Source: Camelus dromedarius (lineage: Eukaryota). From it: a stretch of 64,000 bases of DNA. A model generated the notes under the pieces. It was not told where the DNA came from. It was given only the letters and a program-made list of their open reading frames with translations, and did not search any database. Shown piece after piece: positions 11,185 to 25,200 of this stretch (positions are counted from its first letter, which is position 1; each line of letters begins with the position of its first letter). Location of the stretch: positions 13,454,001 to 13,518,000 of the forward strand of contig NC_087469.1 in the NCBI RefSeq assembly GCF_036321535.1. Reading direction: 5' to 3'. The position numbers were made by a program, and so were the translations under genes.

Positions 11185-14120
11185 AAAAAGTATAAGACTA
11201 TCTAAATGTTCGACCTGCTGAAAATAAGGAGTGTCTCCAAAAGACACCAAGAAAGTGAAAAAACAACGCAGAGAGTGAGAGAAATATGTGCCAGTCTTCT
11301 ATTTAAAAAGCACCAGAATCCACATCTAATACCCATAATGCATAAGCCACTCTTCAACTCACTAATAAAAGACAAATGACCCAACTTTTAATTGGGCAAA
11401 TTATTGGAATAGATATTTCTCCAAAGAAAATATACAAATGTCCAAAAAGTACATGAAAATATGTTAAAAATTATTAGTTAGCAGGGAAATGGATATTAAA
11501 ACTGCAACAAAATATCACTTCACACACACTAGTAGGATGGCTACAGTAAGAAGACAGATAACACTATTATTGTTGATGAGAATGTGAAGAAATTGGAAAC
11601 TCATACATTGTTAAATGGTATAGTCATTTGGGAAATCAATCTAGCATTTCATCAAAAATGTAAAAATAGAATTACCATATGACCTTACAGCAATGTGTAA
11701 GAAAATATATATCCACATGAGAATTTACATATGCATGTTCATAGCGCTTAATAGCCAGAAAGTATAAAAATCTAAATGTCCATCAGCTGATGAATGGGTA
11801 AACAAATGTTTATATCTATATAATGAAATATTACTGAGCAAAGAAAAAGAATAAAGTACTTTTAAAAGTTACAACACGAATGAACTTGAAATCATCATGT
11901 AAAGCAAGAAAAGTCAATCACAAAAGACCACATATACTATTTTGTTATATGAAATATCCAAACCATTCAAATCTGTGAAGACATGAAATATACTAGGAGC
12001 AATATAAGACAGGATGAGGAAGTAGAGAGGTGATGGTTAAAGGATATGAGATTTCTCTGGGGGATGATGAAATATTCTAAAATTCATTATGGTTATGGTT
12101 GCATAACTCTATGAATAAACTAAAAAACACTTAATTTTATTCACTAAATGTATGAATTGTACATGTGGATAATATCAAGAAAGTTATTACCAGAAAAAAA
12201 TATTAAAATTAAAAAAAAATGAAATAAAATGGGAAATTAGAAAATATTTTGAAATGAATGAAAATATAAACACAACATATAAAAATACATGTAATGTAAA
12301 TACAGGGCTTACAAGGCACTTTATGGCATGTAAGTGCCTACATTGGAAAAGCAGAGGGGTTTTAAATCAAAGACTTAAAATTTCATCTGATGAAACTATA
12401 AGAAAAGTAAAATTAAAACCAAACTAAGCAGAAGAATACAATAATAAAGATAATAGCAAAAAAAATCAATAAAGTAGGAAATAGAAGAACAATATACAAA
12501 ATTAGCTAATCTAAAATTTGTGGTTTTCAGATCATTAAAAGAAGTAATTCTTTAGCCAGACTGCTCAGGACAAAAGGAGAAAAGACACAAATTACCAATA
12601 TCAGAAATATGAGAGTACATTGCAATAGATTCTACACACATTGAAAGGAAAGTAAGAGAATATTATGAACAAATTTATATTAATAAATTTTGCAACCAAC
12701 AAAGGATTAATTTGTTGAAAGATACAAAGTGCCAAAATTCACTGAAGAAGTAGGTAAATAAAATGCCCTTAAGTCTATTAAAGAAATTGAATTTTAATTA
12801 AAAACTTTCCCACACACACACACAAAAATCCTGGGCTCAAATAGCTCTGTTGTTAAAATCTACCCAACATTTACAAAAGAAATAATAGCAATTATACACA
12901 AATCGAAAAAAAATTTAAATAGGAAAATTATACAATTCATTCTATAAAACAAGCATTCCTCTCATACCAAAACCAAAGTAGTTACAAGAAAAGAAAATTA
13001 AAGACCAATACCCTTCATAAACATAGATGCAAAAAGGTATTTTTTTTTAAGTTTTACCAAATTGAATCCAACAATATGTAAAAAACCAATGCATCATGAA
13101 AAACAAGGTTTAATCTTGGGAATGTAAGTTGGTTTAATATTTGAATTAAACCAAAATATCTCATTTTATATCTGAATGTCAATCAATGTAATTCACCATG
13201 TTAAAAGAGTAAAGAAGTAAAACGACGTGATCATCTAAGTAGATGCAGAAAAAGCTTACAAAATTTAAATAGAAGGGAAGAAAATTTCCCTAACCTAAGA
13301 AAAGTCATTTGCAAAAAAAAAGAAAAAAATTTAAAAATAAAACTATATCTAACTTCAATACTTAAAAGTGAAGAGTGAATTCTTTACCCCTAAATGTGGA
13401 AATAACACAAGAATTTCCACTCCCACTACTCCTATTTGACACTGCACTGAAGATAATAGATAATCCAACAGGGTAAGAAAAATAAATGAATAGCAGACAT
13501 GTTGCTAGGGAAAAAAGTATTTATATTAGAAAGGGACATAATTCAATTAAAATTCCAAAAAATCTAGAAAATAATCCTACCAGAAGGTTTCACACTGCAG
13601 AAGAAATAATTAATAAACTTGACAGCATAACAAGAAAAACACAAAGAAAAAAAAAGACTGAAAATAGATGAACAGAGCACTAGTGAACTGTGAGACAATT
13701 ACAAACAACCTAACACTTATAGAATTAGAATTCCAAAAGAAGTGAGGTTATAAAAATATTTAAATAAATAATGGCCAAAATTGGATGAAAATTGTAAACC
13801 GACAGTTCTAAGAATCTCAAAGAACTCCAAGCAGAAAAATATAAAGAAAACTTTCCAAACCACGATAACCAAATTGATTAAAGCCAGTGATAAAGAGAAA
13901 ATCTTAAATGCAATTAGAAGCGGAAAATGTTACATTACATACAAAAGAAAAAGAAAAGAATAACAGGCTTTTCATCAAAAGAAAGTAAGCCAGTTTATAG
14001 TAGAGCAATGCCTTTCAATTATGAAAGAAAAATACTATCAATCTAGATTTCTATTCCCAGCAAAAAGTATCTTCAATAAATTATGAAGAAATGAACATCT
14101 TTAAACATACAAAGGCTGAA
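11185..14120 (+). mobile_element. Mosaic of old L1M fragments (ORF2 C-terminus and 3'UTR, ORF2 N-terminus, ORF1)
   Basis: Contains gatatttctccaaagaaaatatacaaatg, agatgcagaaaaagcttac and ORF1-like KLIKASDKEKILNAIR. No long intact ORF. Confidence 0.8.
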
Positions 14121-14146
14121 AATTTAACTTTTTTTTTATATAACTA

Positions 14147-14362
14147 CAGTTGACCCTCGAACAATGTGGGTGTTAGGGGCACTGACCCTCTGCACAGCTG
14201 AAAATCTGTGTATCGCTTTACGGCATCCCTCTGTATCTGCATTTCCAAATCTGTGGATTCAACCAATCACAGATTCTGTAGTAGTGTAGTGCATATTTAT
14301 TGAAAAAATCTGCATATGAGTGGACATGTGCAGCCAAACCCATGCTGTTCAAGGGTTATTTG
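14147..14362. mobile_element. Tigger2a-like MITE (TcMar DNA transposon)
   Basis: Terminal inverted repeats cagttgaccctcgaaca … tgttcaagggttatttg, with TA on both sides (14145-46 and 14363-64). Confidence 0.85.
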
Positions 14363-14874
14363 TATCCTTTACAGCACATGCAAAGTGTAACGGTAATGGA
14401 ATTGCTCTTCTTTGTATCTCAAGTCAACATTTTGAAAAATTCTGAAATGATGACGACTGAATTGAAGTTTTCTGTTGGTTAATTATGTTGTAACTGTAAA
14501 TTAGAAAGTATAGAGAGTATATTAGACTATCCTTGAGTAGCCTTGCATTAAGAGTACCAAAAGAAGCTGTTAATTACAATTCTTGTGTTATGGTTAACAA
14601 TTTAACTTTGCTTGTTTTAATTTCTAAATCTCTGTGAATAAGAATTTTTTGCTTTTCCATCTTTTTCATCCAAAAGAAATCTTAAATTTAAGCTGCATAA
14701 TGCTGCAATAATATAGACACACATACTCACGCTGGTGTACATTTCATAGCTGAAGTTATAGAATCACTCAGATTATTCTGAATAAAATTTGAATTTGGGG
14801 GGAAAAGCAGTTTCAAAAATAAAATAATTTCATTTATTTATTTTTAGTATGACCACATTTTATTTTATGAATGA

Positions 14875-15400
14875 ATTTTAAAAAAATTTTTATTAAAGTG
14901 TAATTGATTTACAATGTTAGTTTCAGGTATACAGAAAAGTAATTCAGTTAGATATACACATACATATATGTTTTCTTTTCAGATTCTTTTCCGTTATATT
15001 TTATTACAAGAAATTCAATATAGTTCCCTGTGCCGTATAGTAGGTCCTTGTTGTTTATCTATTTTATATATAGTAATGTGTGTCTGTTAATCCCCAACCC
15101 CTACTTTATCCCTTCCCACACTTTCCCCTTTGGTAACCATAGTTTGTTTTCTATGTTTGTGAGTCTGTTTTTTCTTTGTAAACAGAATTTTTGTATCATT
15201 CCAACCCAAATGTCCATCAACAGATACTTGGATAAAGAAGTTATAGTACATTTATAGAATGGAATATTACTCAGCCATTGAAAGGAATGAAATAATGCTA
15301 TTTGCAACAATATGGAGGGACCTAGAGATTATCATATTGAGTGGAGTAAGTCAGAGAAAAACAAATATCATATGATATCATTTATATGTGAAATCTTAAA
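14875..15400. mobile_element. Artiodactyl-type L1 3' end with internal inversion
   Basis: The minus part (about 14875-15200) is the L1 terminus. The plus part (about 15201-15400) is the segment immediately upstream, ending at tgtgaaatcttaaaa. Confidence 0.72.
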
Positions 15401-16019
15401 AGACGTTTCTTTATTTAAACAAAAATTCAAATTCTTCCTTGGATTCCAGTGAAGCCCAACCCAAGAGTTCAGATGATGTGACCAAGGCCCAGTTTCTCTA
15501 GATCTTTTTCTTGGCCCTGGTCCCACAATTTAGGTTCTAATCAGGTTTTCTGCTTATGGTCACAAGATAGTCACTGAATGTTCAATCACCAAAAGTTTCC
15601 AGTCTCTGTCTGTCAAGGGGTTAAAAAATAGCACCAACAAATATATCATATTTGGTGAAACTGATTACCAAATCTATAAAAGGCCACCTTACTCACTATG
15701 ACTCAAGAATAGCCAATACAAACTATCTTTCAAACTCAGTGGTTAACTAGAGAATTCCAAAGAACATTAGAAATAAAAACTCAATTGTCGGAGACAATTT
15801 TTACTAAACAAAAGTTTAGTAAAAAAATAGAATTTTAGCTTTAAATGCTGAGAATAAATAGAAAAATTAAAAATAGAAAATCTGGGAAGGCTAGTGAAAT
15901 AATTTAGGCAGTGAAGATAGATTCAGTTTACGCACTGAAAGATAAAGAAACAATAAGATATACTGAGAAAAGCTGAGAAGAAAATATTAGCTCTAAGTAT
16001 TTGCATCAAAAGCTGGAGA

Positions 16020-16366
16020 TTCAATTATATAAAGAATCTTAAAAGAAAGACAAATGAACTTATTTACAAAACAGAAACAGACTCACAGGCATAGAAAACA
16101 AACTTATGCTTACCAGGGGGTAAAGGGGTGGGAAGGGATAAATTGGGAGTTTAAGATTTACAGTACTAACTACTATATATAAAATAAACAACAAGTTTAA
16201 ACTGTATAGCACAGGGAACTACATTCAATATCTTGTAGTAACCTATAATGAAAAATATGAAAATGAATATATGTATGTATATGTATGATTGAACTATTAT
16301 GCTGTACACCAGAAATTGACACAACATTGTAAACTGACCATATTTCAATTTTTTAAAAATTTCAAA
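16020..16366 (+). mobile_element. 5'-truncated L1 3' end with 12-bp TSD
   Basis: TSD aaaagctggaga at 16008-16019 and 16367-16378. Confidence 0.85.
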
Positions 16367-16819
16367 AAAAGCTGGAGAAAACTCTTCAGTCCTGGGAACC
16401 TGGTTTTTTAAAGTTGTGTATATTTATCTTTATTTTTCATTATTTCTCCAATGATTTCTTTTTGAAAATTCCAGGATGAAAAAACAGTAATAAAAGTAGG
16501 GTCCTAGACAAACAAAAAAAGTTAATTCTATATTCTGAATGGCCAGGTGTAATGGTTCAGATATAAAAATCAAAGGGAGGTAAATCCAAGGGAAATTTTA
16601 GAATGAAAGACCTATACAGATACTTAATCTTATTTAGATTATTTTTCTCTCCAAAATATTCTGTGTACTTTATTTACATAACTCTGCATAATCTTAAAAT
16701 AAATCTACCATGTATTTCATTAAAGGAAACAAGCAAAAACTCACAAAGCTATAATATATAACACCTCACTTTGTAACACTAAATATACCTGTTTATACAA
16801 ATATTTTCCAACAATGAAG

Positions 16820-17960
16820 ACATTCAGCAAAAGCTGAACTATGTACTGAATGCACACAGTCCACTTGCCCTAATTTGGCTAAATAAGCTATTTTAAAACT
16901 TACCTATTGCATATCATTGGGCTAGGTCTCTGAAGACTTAAATACCCACTTGGGGAAAAATATAGCTATAAATACTGAATGAACTGTTCTGGCAATATTT
17001 TATTATCCAAGTAGGGATTGCATTGATTTTGTTCATTATTTATTAAACTATAAATGAATGTTCTGTGAATATTTTAGTATATATGTAATGTTTGATGGTA
17101 AAATTTAAAAACAGTATTTTAATACATATCAAATTAATGTAAATTATTTGAAACTCAACATGCACTTATAATTAAAACAGAATTGTAGTTACTTTATATA
17201 TTAGATAATACTTCCAAATAAAGTATCTTTATAATCCTTACTGAAAATGTGTGCTTGCTTCTGGAACCTAATTTTTCCTATCATGTTTTAAGAAATAAAT
17301 AGCAATTACAGATAAAGTCTTAATAGTTATAACCATATTTTTATGATCACCACAGAAAGAAATATTGAATGTCAAATAACACACAGTGTTAAATCATTTT
17401 TAAAACCATCCAAAAATTTATCATTGAAATCGTTCAAATAATGTAAGAACTTTTCTCTTTGACAAACTTAATGTTAAACCAATCTAGAACAAATTTCATT
17501 TTTTCATTTCAAATTCTTCAAAATAACAAAGAAGCCCTAATCTGCTGAAGGCTTATGGATTCTTAGCGCAATCATACGGCTTTGATGGTACTAAGAGGAT
17601 ACATCAGCTCGGAATGGACCCGTATCTGACATGGGGAGACAGAGGCCGGGCATCTGCCTGGAGCTGTGAACATCAGGATTCCTTGCAGAGCCTCCCACCA
17701 CCACAGTCCTCAGTACCTACAGGTGATCACTGTACTCCTTGGGCACCTGAAACACAAACTCCTCCAGCAGCCCCACAGGTCTCTTGTCCACAAAGGGCGA
17801 CTCCCTCTGCATGTGGCTGCTAGAGCTGGCAACCAGAGGGTGAAGGGCCTCTTTGCCTGGGCTTTTAAAATGCAGCAGTGACTGCCATCTGTCTCACTGG
17901 GCTCGCTTCTTGCCAAAGCCATGGAAGTGCTCTCTTACCAAACCTCATTTATTCTTGCCC
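16820..17960 (+). repeat. Ancient low-copy paralogous block X (partner at about 51420-52510)
   Basis: About 75% collinear similarity, including an identical 31-mer (17743-17773 = 52321-52351). Confidence 0.85.
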
Positions 17961-19571
17961 TCCTAGAAGCCCCCTTCTAGGTTACAAAGGACAGTAGAGT
18001 CTATGTTCTGTGTGACACACACAAAAAAATTGTAGAGCCTTATTTTCTATTGTTTTCATTATAGAGAATCCTTTTTTCTTCTTTCCAAATGATACCATAA
18101 TATCTAATAGGCTTGTTAAAGTGTACATGCTACTATGAAAATTGTGACATGCCTACCAGAGGGGCATGTCCCCAAATTCTTCAGCCTCACCATCCCAGGA
18201 AATGATGACTATTATAAATAGATTGTGATAAATATTTCTCTGTAACTCACGCTGCTTACCCCACTTAATTAAACTTCTCCAGGAATAGGCACATTTTTCT
18301 AGTTGGGCACTGAAGCCTTGCAGAACATCTCTCTGCCATAGCCATCTTGGCTGAGGATATTATTCCCATGAAAACTCCCATTTTCAAGCTTATTCAGAAA
18401 CAACTCGCCAGAAGTTCTTTCTGTTCCCTCACAATTCTTTCTTTCCTTCCATTTCTTCATAATGAACAGTGGATTTAAAAACTGGGCTGTGCAATCTTGA
18501 GCAAGTCACATAACTGTTTCCTTATCTAAAAAATCAGGTAAGGAGACTTGTATTTTAATAGGATTTGTAAAATTGTGGTACACATTACGGACTGCAGACT
18601 TAATCCTTCTTCTGAGAGACAAAAGGGAGGTATCACATTTACATGTAGAAAGAATTAATCCCAACAGAACATGGTTTCCACCATATATTTTTGTTTGTTT
18701 TCTGAAAGCAGAAAACAGATCTTCCTTTGCAAAGGGGAAATCTCTGTCACACACTTAGACAAAGAATCTTGACATTACATGTGACAACCTATTCTGCAGG
18801 CAAGAATATCACTGTATAATTTTCAACCACAATGGCAAACCACAGATACATAGACAAGTTGGTGACAATCTCAATTCCACTGATGACGAAATATCAGCTG
18901 ACAAATACATTAAATAGAAGCATTTGTTACTGGTGAGGATTGAAAAAGGTAGGCGGAATAGTGTAGCTGATAAATTGTCAAGCATCCTCAAGAATAAAAG
19001 AAAGGACGTTGGTTCAACAAAGCATTCAATTCCTTTATACATGCATACTGAAAATCTAGAACAACAGCTAAGAGAGAACCCTAAAAGAGAGAATCCTAAG
19101 AGAATCCTGAAAAATTCTGGAAAATTTTCCAACTTTATCATGCCTACAATTTTTGTCATTCCTTCTCTGTTTTAAGCAGTTGTAGGTAATAAAACCCTTG
19201 TACCAGGAAAGGACTCAATGTAATAAAACCAAGTAAAGAACTTTTCAAATAGCATACCGTGCCATGGCTTACCTTGGATGGGAAAGACACACAAAAAAAT
19301 ATTAGGTAGTGTTATCCTTAGAAAGGTTATCATCCCATTGTCTCCCACTAGTGTGGGCTCACTTAGGGCTCAGGATGACCCTCAAGTCCAAGAATAAGCC
19401 CACAGAGTTACCTTATATGGCAAGAGAAGGAAAGACATTAGAGCAGAAATTCTGCCAAGAAGACTTTAGAAAGACAAATGAAGAGACTTAAGAAAAAAAA
19501 AATAGGAAGAAGAGGAAAAAGTGGACAGGAAGAGAAGAAAAAGCCGGAAAAGGAGGCATAAATGGTTCTGT

Positions 19572-20498
19572 TCAGTTTGTAATTCTCTTCAGGGTTTTCT
19601 TCACAGCAATCTTGACATCTTTGTTCCTGAGGCTATAAATGAGAGGGTTCAGCATGGGCACCACATTGGTGTAAAACACTGAGAAAAATTTCCCCTGCCC
19701 TACAGACCCAGCAGATGATGGCTTGATGTAAGTGAGCAGCCCAAAACCATAGAAGAGACCAACTGTTATTATGTGGGAGCCACAGGTGCTAAAGGCTTTG
19801 GACCAACCTTTAACTGATGGTATATGAAGGATACTGAAAAGAATCAAAGCATAAGAAATAAAGATAATGAGGCTAGATACTATAATAAGTGTGCCCACAA
19901 CAACAGAAACCACAAGCTCGTTGATATAGGTGCTGCTACAGGACAGCTGGAGGAGGGGGAAGATGTCACACATGTAATGGTTGATGATGTTGGAATCACA
20001 AAAGATCAACCTGATCATACACCCTGTGTGGACCACGGCACCAGCAAACCCCATCACATATGAACCAGACATCAGCAGAGAACAGACCTGAGGGGACATG
20101 GTAATTGTGTACATCAGGGGCTTACAGATGGCCACGTAACGATCATAGGCCATGGCTGTCAAGACATAGCACTCAGAGTTGACAAAAAAGCAGAAGAAAA
20201 AGAGCTGAGTCATGCATCCTCTAAAGGAGATAATATTCCTCTCTGAAGTAAAGCTCATTAGCATTTTGGGGGTAAACACAAATGAGTAACAGAGATCAAT
20301 AAAGGACAGGTTGAAGAGGAAGAAGTACATGGGGGTGTGAAGGTGCACGTTTAGACAAATTAGATTAATCAAGCTCAGATTGCCCAACACAGTGATCACG
20401 CAGTTCACCAAAAACAGGAAAAACAGGGGCAGTTGGAGTTCAGGTTGGTCTGTCAATCCCATAAGGATAAACTCGGTCACAGAGGAGTTATCTTCCAT
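19572..20498 (-). CDS. Olfactory receptor, family 8 subfamily C-like, intact 308 aa
   Basis: All OR motifs present. [17 protein letters not shown] and [11 protein letters not shown] recall OR8C-type receptors. Acceptor (tacccctgttcctgcag) ends at 20523. Confidence 0.96.
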   Translation of the reverse strand: MEDNSSVTEFILMGLTDQPELQLPLFFLFLVNCVITVLGNLSLINLICLNVHLHTPMYFFLFNLSFIDLCYSFVFTPKMLMSFTSERNIISFRGCMTQLFFFCFFVNSECYVLTAMAYDRYVAICKPLMYTITMSPQVCSLLMSGSYVMGFAGAVVHTGCMIRLIFCDSNIINHYMCDIFPLLQLSCSSTYINELVVSVVVGTLIIVSSLIIFISYALILFSILHIPSVKGWSKAFSTCGSHIITVGLFYGFGLLTYIKPSSAGSVGQGKFFSVFYTNVVPMLNPLIYSLRNKDVKIAVKKTLKRITN

Positions 20499-21570
20499 AG
20501 CCGTTCACTGCACAGTTGTGATCTGCAGGAACAGGGGTAGAATCTGACAGTAACAGTGGATCTTCCCTCTTTGTTTCCAGAGAGAGAGCTAGTTTATAAG
20601 CTCAGAGGTGCCTAAAGACACACAGCAAGGCATCCAGAAAGCAAGACTTAATTATGATTACCACCAGTGATTCCTCATTTTTCTCCTTTACCCTTACTCA
20701 TGTTGTTTGCCTCTGTCTGGAAAGAATGCTGATAGACTCCCAGTGTCTGCACATCATCTCCTCTCTTCTCCTCAGCCTCTGTTAAGGATCAGGGCTAAAA
20801 AAATCAGTAAATAGGAGGTGTTCCAGAATCCTTGATTTACATAGTTTGGGGTTTGAAAGGAAATTAAGACAAAGGTGATTCAACCCTCACCTTCTTTTCC
20901 CTGGATGCCTCACTGCCTCTGAACCTTAATGCTCCTTCTCCCCTACAGTTCTGAGAGGGTCACAGTTTCTGGCAATGAAGGAGGCAAAGTCCATCAACAT
21001 GGTCCTCCATCTTTGACCCACTAGAAGAGGTATGCTGGGGAAGAGGCCATACTTGAGAATTTGAAAATTTGCCAGAAGGTCCTCCACTTCCAAGGAGAAA
21101 AACCACCTTATATGAGCTCCAAAGCAATCTGTTGACTCAAATGAGACTCTATTCCATTTCAGGGAAAACTGATTAGAGGCACAGAAAATTATTCTCTCCC
21201 TCATGATTTCCTTTCACATTAAATGAGCCCACTGAGGGTAGAAGTTACTGAGTTTGTGTCACAGACCTAACATTCGATCCTTTGAGACACAATGTACTAT
21301 TCAGCTCATAATTTCACAATAAGAATTCTTAATCCCCAATTCAGAGGAATGCATGCCTTCCTATGCACTTTCTTCATTATCTCCTAGAGTCTATGCAAGC
21401 TATAAAAAAAAAAGGTCTTTAGCATGATCATCTGCCTTGTCTAGCACTTTCCTAGAGCCTCTAGTATCGCATTAGTGAAAGAGTAAATCATAGGTTTAGC
21501 ACTGTCCATGCTTGTGGATTTCACCTCTGAAAAGAGATGTTGTAGCAAAATGGTTAAGAAAGTGGGAGTG

Positions 21571-22039
21571 TTTATCTATTTTTTAAACATTTTTTTTGAG
21601 TTATAGTCATTTTACAATGTTGTGTCAAATTCCACTGTAGAGCACAATTTTTCAGTTATACATGAACATACATATATCCATTGTCACATTTTTTTTTCGC
21701 TGTGAGCTACCACAAGATCTTATATATATTTCCCTGTGCTATACAGTATAAAAAAATAGATAAACAACAAAGTACACACTATTCAATTTCTTATAATAAC
21801 ATATAATGGAAAAGAATCTGAAAAAAATGTATGTATGTATATGTATAACTGAACCACTTTGCTATATACCTGAAGCTAACATTTTAAATCAACTACACTT
21901 CAATAAATAATAAAATTTAAAAATAAATAAATAAAAGAATATATATGTATAACAATCACTATCCTGTACACCAGAAACTAACACAGCCCTGTGAATCAAC
22001 TATATACTTCAATTAAAAAAATTAAAAATATTAAAAAAA
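21571..22039. mobile_element. Composite of three L1 3' tails inserted into a MIR, bounded by a 15-bp TSD
   Basis: TSD aagaaagtgggagtg at 21556-21570 and 22040-22054. One young tail on minus and two tandem older tails on plus; MIR halves flank the insert. Confidence 0.75.
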
Positions 22040-22232
22040 AAGAAAGTGGGAGTGAGCTCCTCAAATCTGATTGAGTTTAAATCTGGTCATTAAACTTCTT
22101 AATTGTGAGACTGTAGATAATCAAATAACTTATCTGATCCTTGTATGTATATATATATATTTTTTTCTACTTATAAATCTATAAAATGAGGCTAGCAAAG
22201 GAGTTATCTCATAGGGTTGTTCTGAGGATTAC

Positions 22233-25200
22233 AAAAAAGGAAAGTCACAGGCCAATAACTCTGATGAATATAGATGCAAAAATCCTCAACAAAACATTAG
22301 CAAACTGATTCCAAAAATATATAAAAACTATAACACACAATGATCAAGTTAAATTTATTCTACGGTTACAAGGATGGTTCAACATTCACAAATCAATTGT
22401 ATAAACCNNNNNNNNNNNNNNNNNNNNNNNNNNNNNNNNNNNNNNNNNNNNNNNNNNNNNNNNNNNNNNNNNNNNNNNNNNNNNNNNNNNNNNNNNNNNN
22501 NNNNNNNNNNNNNNNNNNNNNNNNNNNNNNNNNNNNNNNNNNNNNNNNNNNNNNNGTACAAATTCACATCTAACAACACACTCAAAGGTGAAAAAATGAA
22601 AACCTTTCCTCTAAATTCAAGAACAAGATGAAGGTACCCACTTTTGCAACTTATATTTAACATGGTATTAGAAGTCCTAGCCACGGCAATCACACAAGGA
22701 ACAGAAACAGAAGGTATCCAAATTGGAAGGGAAGAAGTAAAATTGTCACTATTTGCAAATAATATGATACTTCATATAGAAAACCCTAAAGTCTCCACCT
22801 CAAAACTATTAGAACTAATAAATGAATTCAGCAAGGTCACAGGATACATAAATAACCTACAGAAATCTGTTGTGCTTCCATTCACTAATAATGAACTCTC
22901 AGAAAAAGAGAGCAAAAAACAAATTCCATTTAAAATAGGTTCAAAAAGAATAAAATACATGGGAATAAACTTAACTAAGGATGTGAAAGACCTATCATCC
23001 GGAAACTATAGAATACTGATAAAAGAAATTACATACGATACAAAGAAATGGAATGCTATCCTGTGCTCATGGATTCAAAGGATTAATAGTATTAAAAGGG
23101 TCATTCTACCCAAAGAAATCTACAGATTTAATGCAATCCCTATCGAAATATCTGACATTTTTCACCTAACTAGATCAATTAATCCTAAAATTAATACGGA
23201 ACCACAAAAGACCCCAAATTGCCAAAGCAATCTTGAGAAAAAAGAACAGTTAGAGGTATCACCATCCTTGATGTGGGCTTTGTCCGACAAAGACCCACCA
23301 TGGAAGAGTGAATTACTCATGACTTTATCAAGTCAAGAGAGTGAGAGGGACCCAGAGACCAAATCTAACTCCCTGAGCCCCTTAGAAACCCTTGTATTTA
23401 TTGAGACTAGTCAAATAAAGTATTAAGGTAAAGCATGTCATAGGAATGTGTAAGGGGTATGGTGTACATACAGGTATGTAGGTCAGCAGTTTTGTGAAAA
23501 ACAGAAACATTAGTCTTTATCTACATGTTTAGGGAGTATACAATTGATAATGGAAACCAGGCAGGCAGAAAGACCCAATAAAGATCAAGATTTAACTAGG
23601 TAAGTGAAGAATGCCCTGCTGTTTTCAGCAAGGGCAAAAGGTAACGGTTTTCCAAGAAGCAGAAGCAGCCCTACAGCTAACAACCTACACCTAAGATAAG
23701 CTAGGCATTTCTGCATTGTAGCCCTACAACTTATTAACCAATGAGTGTGCTCCCACACTTGACTTCAGACTATACTACAAAGCTACAGTAATGAAAACAG
23801 TATGGGACTGGCACAAAAACAGACACATAGGTCAATGAAATAGAACTGAGAGCCCAGAAAAAAAACCCACACACTTATGGTCAACTAATCTACAACAAAG
23901 GAGGTAAAAATATACAATGAAGAAAAGACATTCATTTCAGCAAGTGATGCTAGGAAAACAGGACAGCTACATGTAAAACAATGGGATTATAATATTTCCT
24001 GACTGTATACAAAAATAAATTCAAAACGGATTAAAGACCAAAAGGGTAGACATGAAACCATAAAACACCACAAAGAAAACGTAGGTAGAACACTCTTTGA
24101 CATAAATCATAGCAATATTTTTGCATCTGTCTCCTAAGGCAAAAGAAATAAAAGCAAACATAAACGAAATCTAATTAAATGTAAATCTTTGGCACAGCAA
24201 AGAAAATAATCAACAAAATGAAAAGACAATCTACAGAATGGGAGAAAATATTTGTAATGATATGACCAATAAGGAGATAATATCCAACATATATAAACAG
24301 CTCATACAACTCAACATTACAACAAACAAACAACCCAATTTAAAAATGGGAAGAACACCTAAATAGACATTTTTCTAAGGAATCCATGCAAATGACCAAT
24401 AGGCACATAAAAAGATGCTCAACATCGCTAATCATCAGAGAAATGCAAATCAAAACAAAGAGATATCACCTCCCACCTGTCAGAATGGCTATCACTAAAA
24501 ATCTACAAACAACAAACATTGGAGAAGATGTGAAGAAAAGAGAACCCTTGTACACTGTTTTTGGAAATGTAAATTTGCTGCAGCCACAATGGAAAACAGT
24601 ATGGAAATTCCTCAAAAAACTAAAAACAGATCTACAATATAATCCAGCATTTCCACTGCTGTGGGTATATCTGGGAAAAAAATGAAAACACTAATTGGAA
24701 AAGATACACGCACTCCAGTGTTCATAGCAGCACTATTTACAATTGCCAAGATATGGAAGCAACCCAAATGGCTATCAACAGATAAAGGATAAAGATATGA
24801 TTGATTGATAGATAGATAGACAGACAGACATAGACAGGCAGAGGATAGACAGGTAGATAGATATAAAATGGAATATTACTTAACCATAAAAAAGATTAAA
24901 ATTCTGCAATTTGCAGCAATGTGGATGGGCCTAGAGAATATTATGCTTAGTGAAATAAGTCAGAGAAAGACAAACACTGTATGATATCACTTCTATAGAG
25001 AATCTTACAAACAAAAACAAACGAATGTATATGCAAAACAGACACAGACTCACAGATACAGAATACAAACTAGCAGCTGCTAAAGAGCAGAGGGAAGGTG
25101 GCAAGGACAAATTACATGTATGGGACTTAGAGATACAAACTACTGTGTGTAAAATAGATAAGCAACAAGGATATATTGTATAATACAGGGAATTATAGGC

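Noticed and set aside
22644-23426. 260-aa ORF with reverse-transcriptase similarity as a possible novel RT system
   Set aside because: It is a fragment of L1 ORF2 reading through into the inserted LTR; the surrounding L1 has stops and frameshifts.
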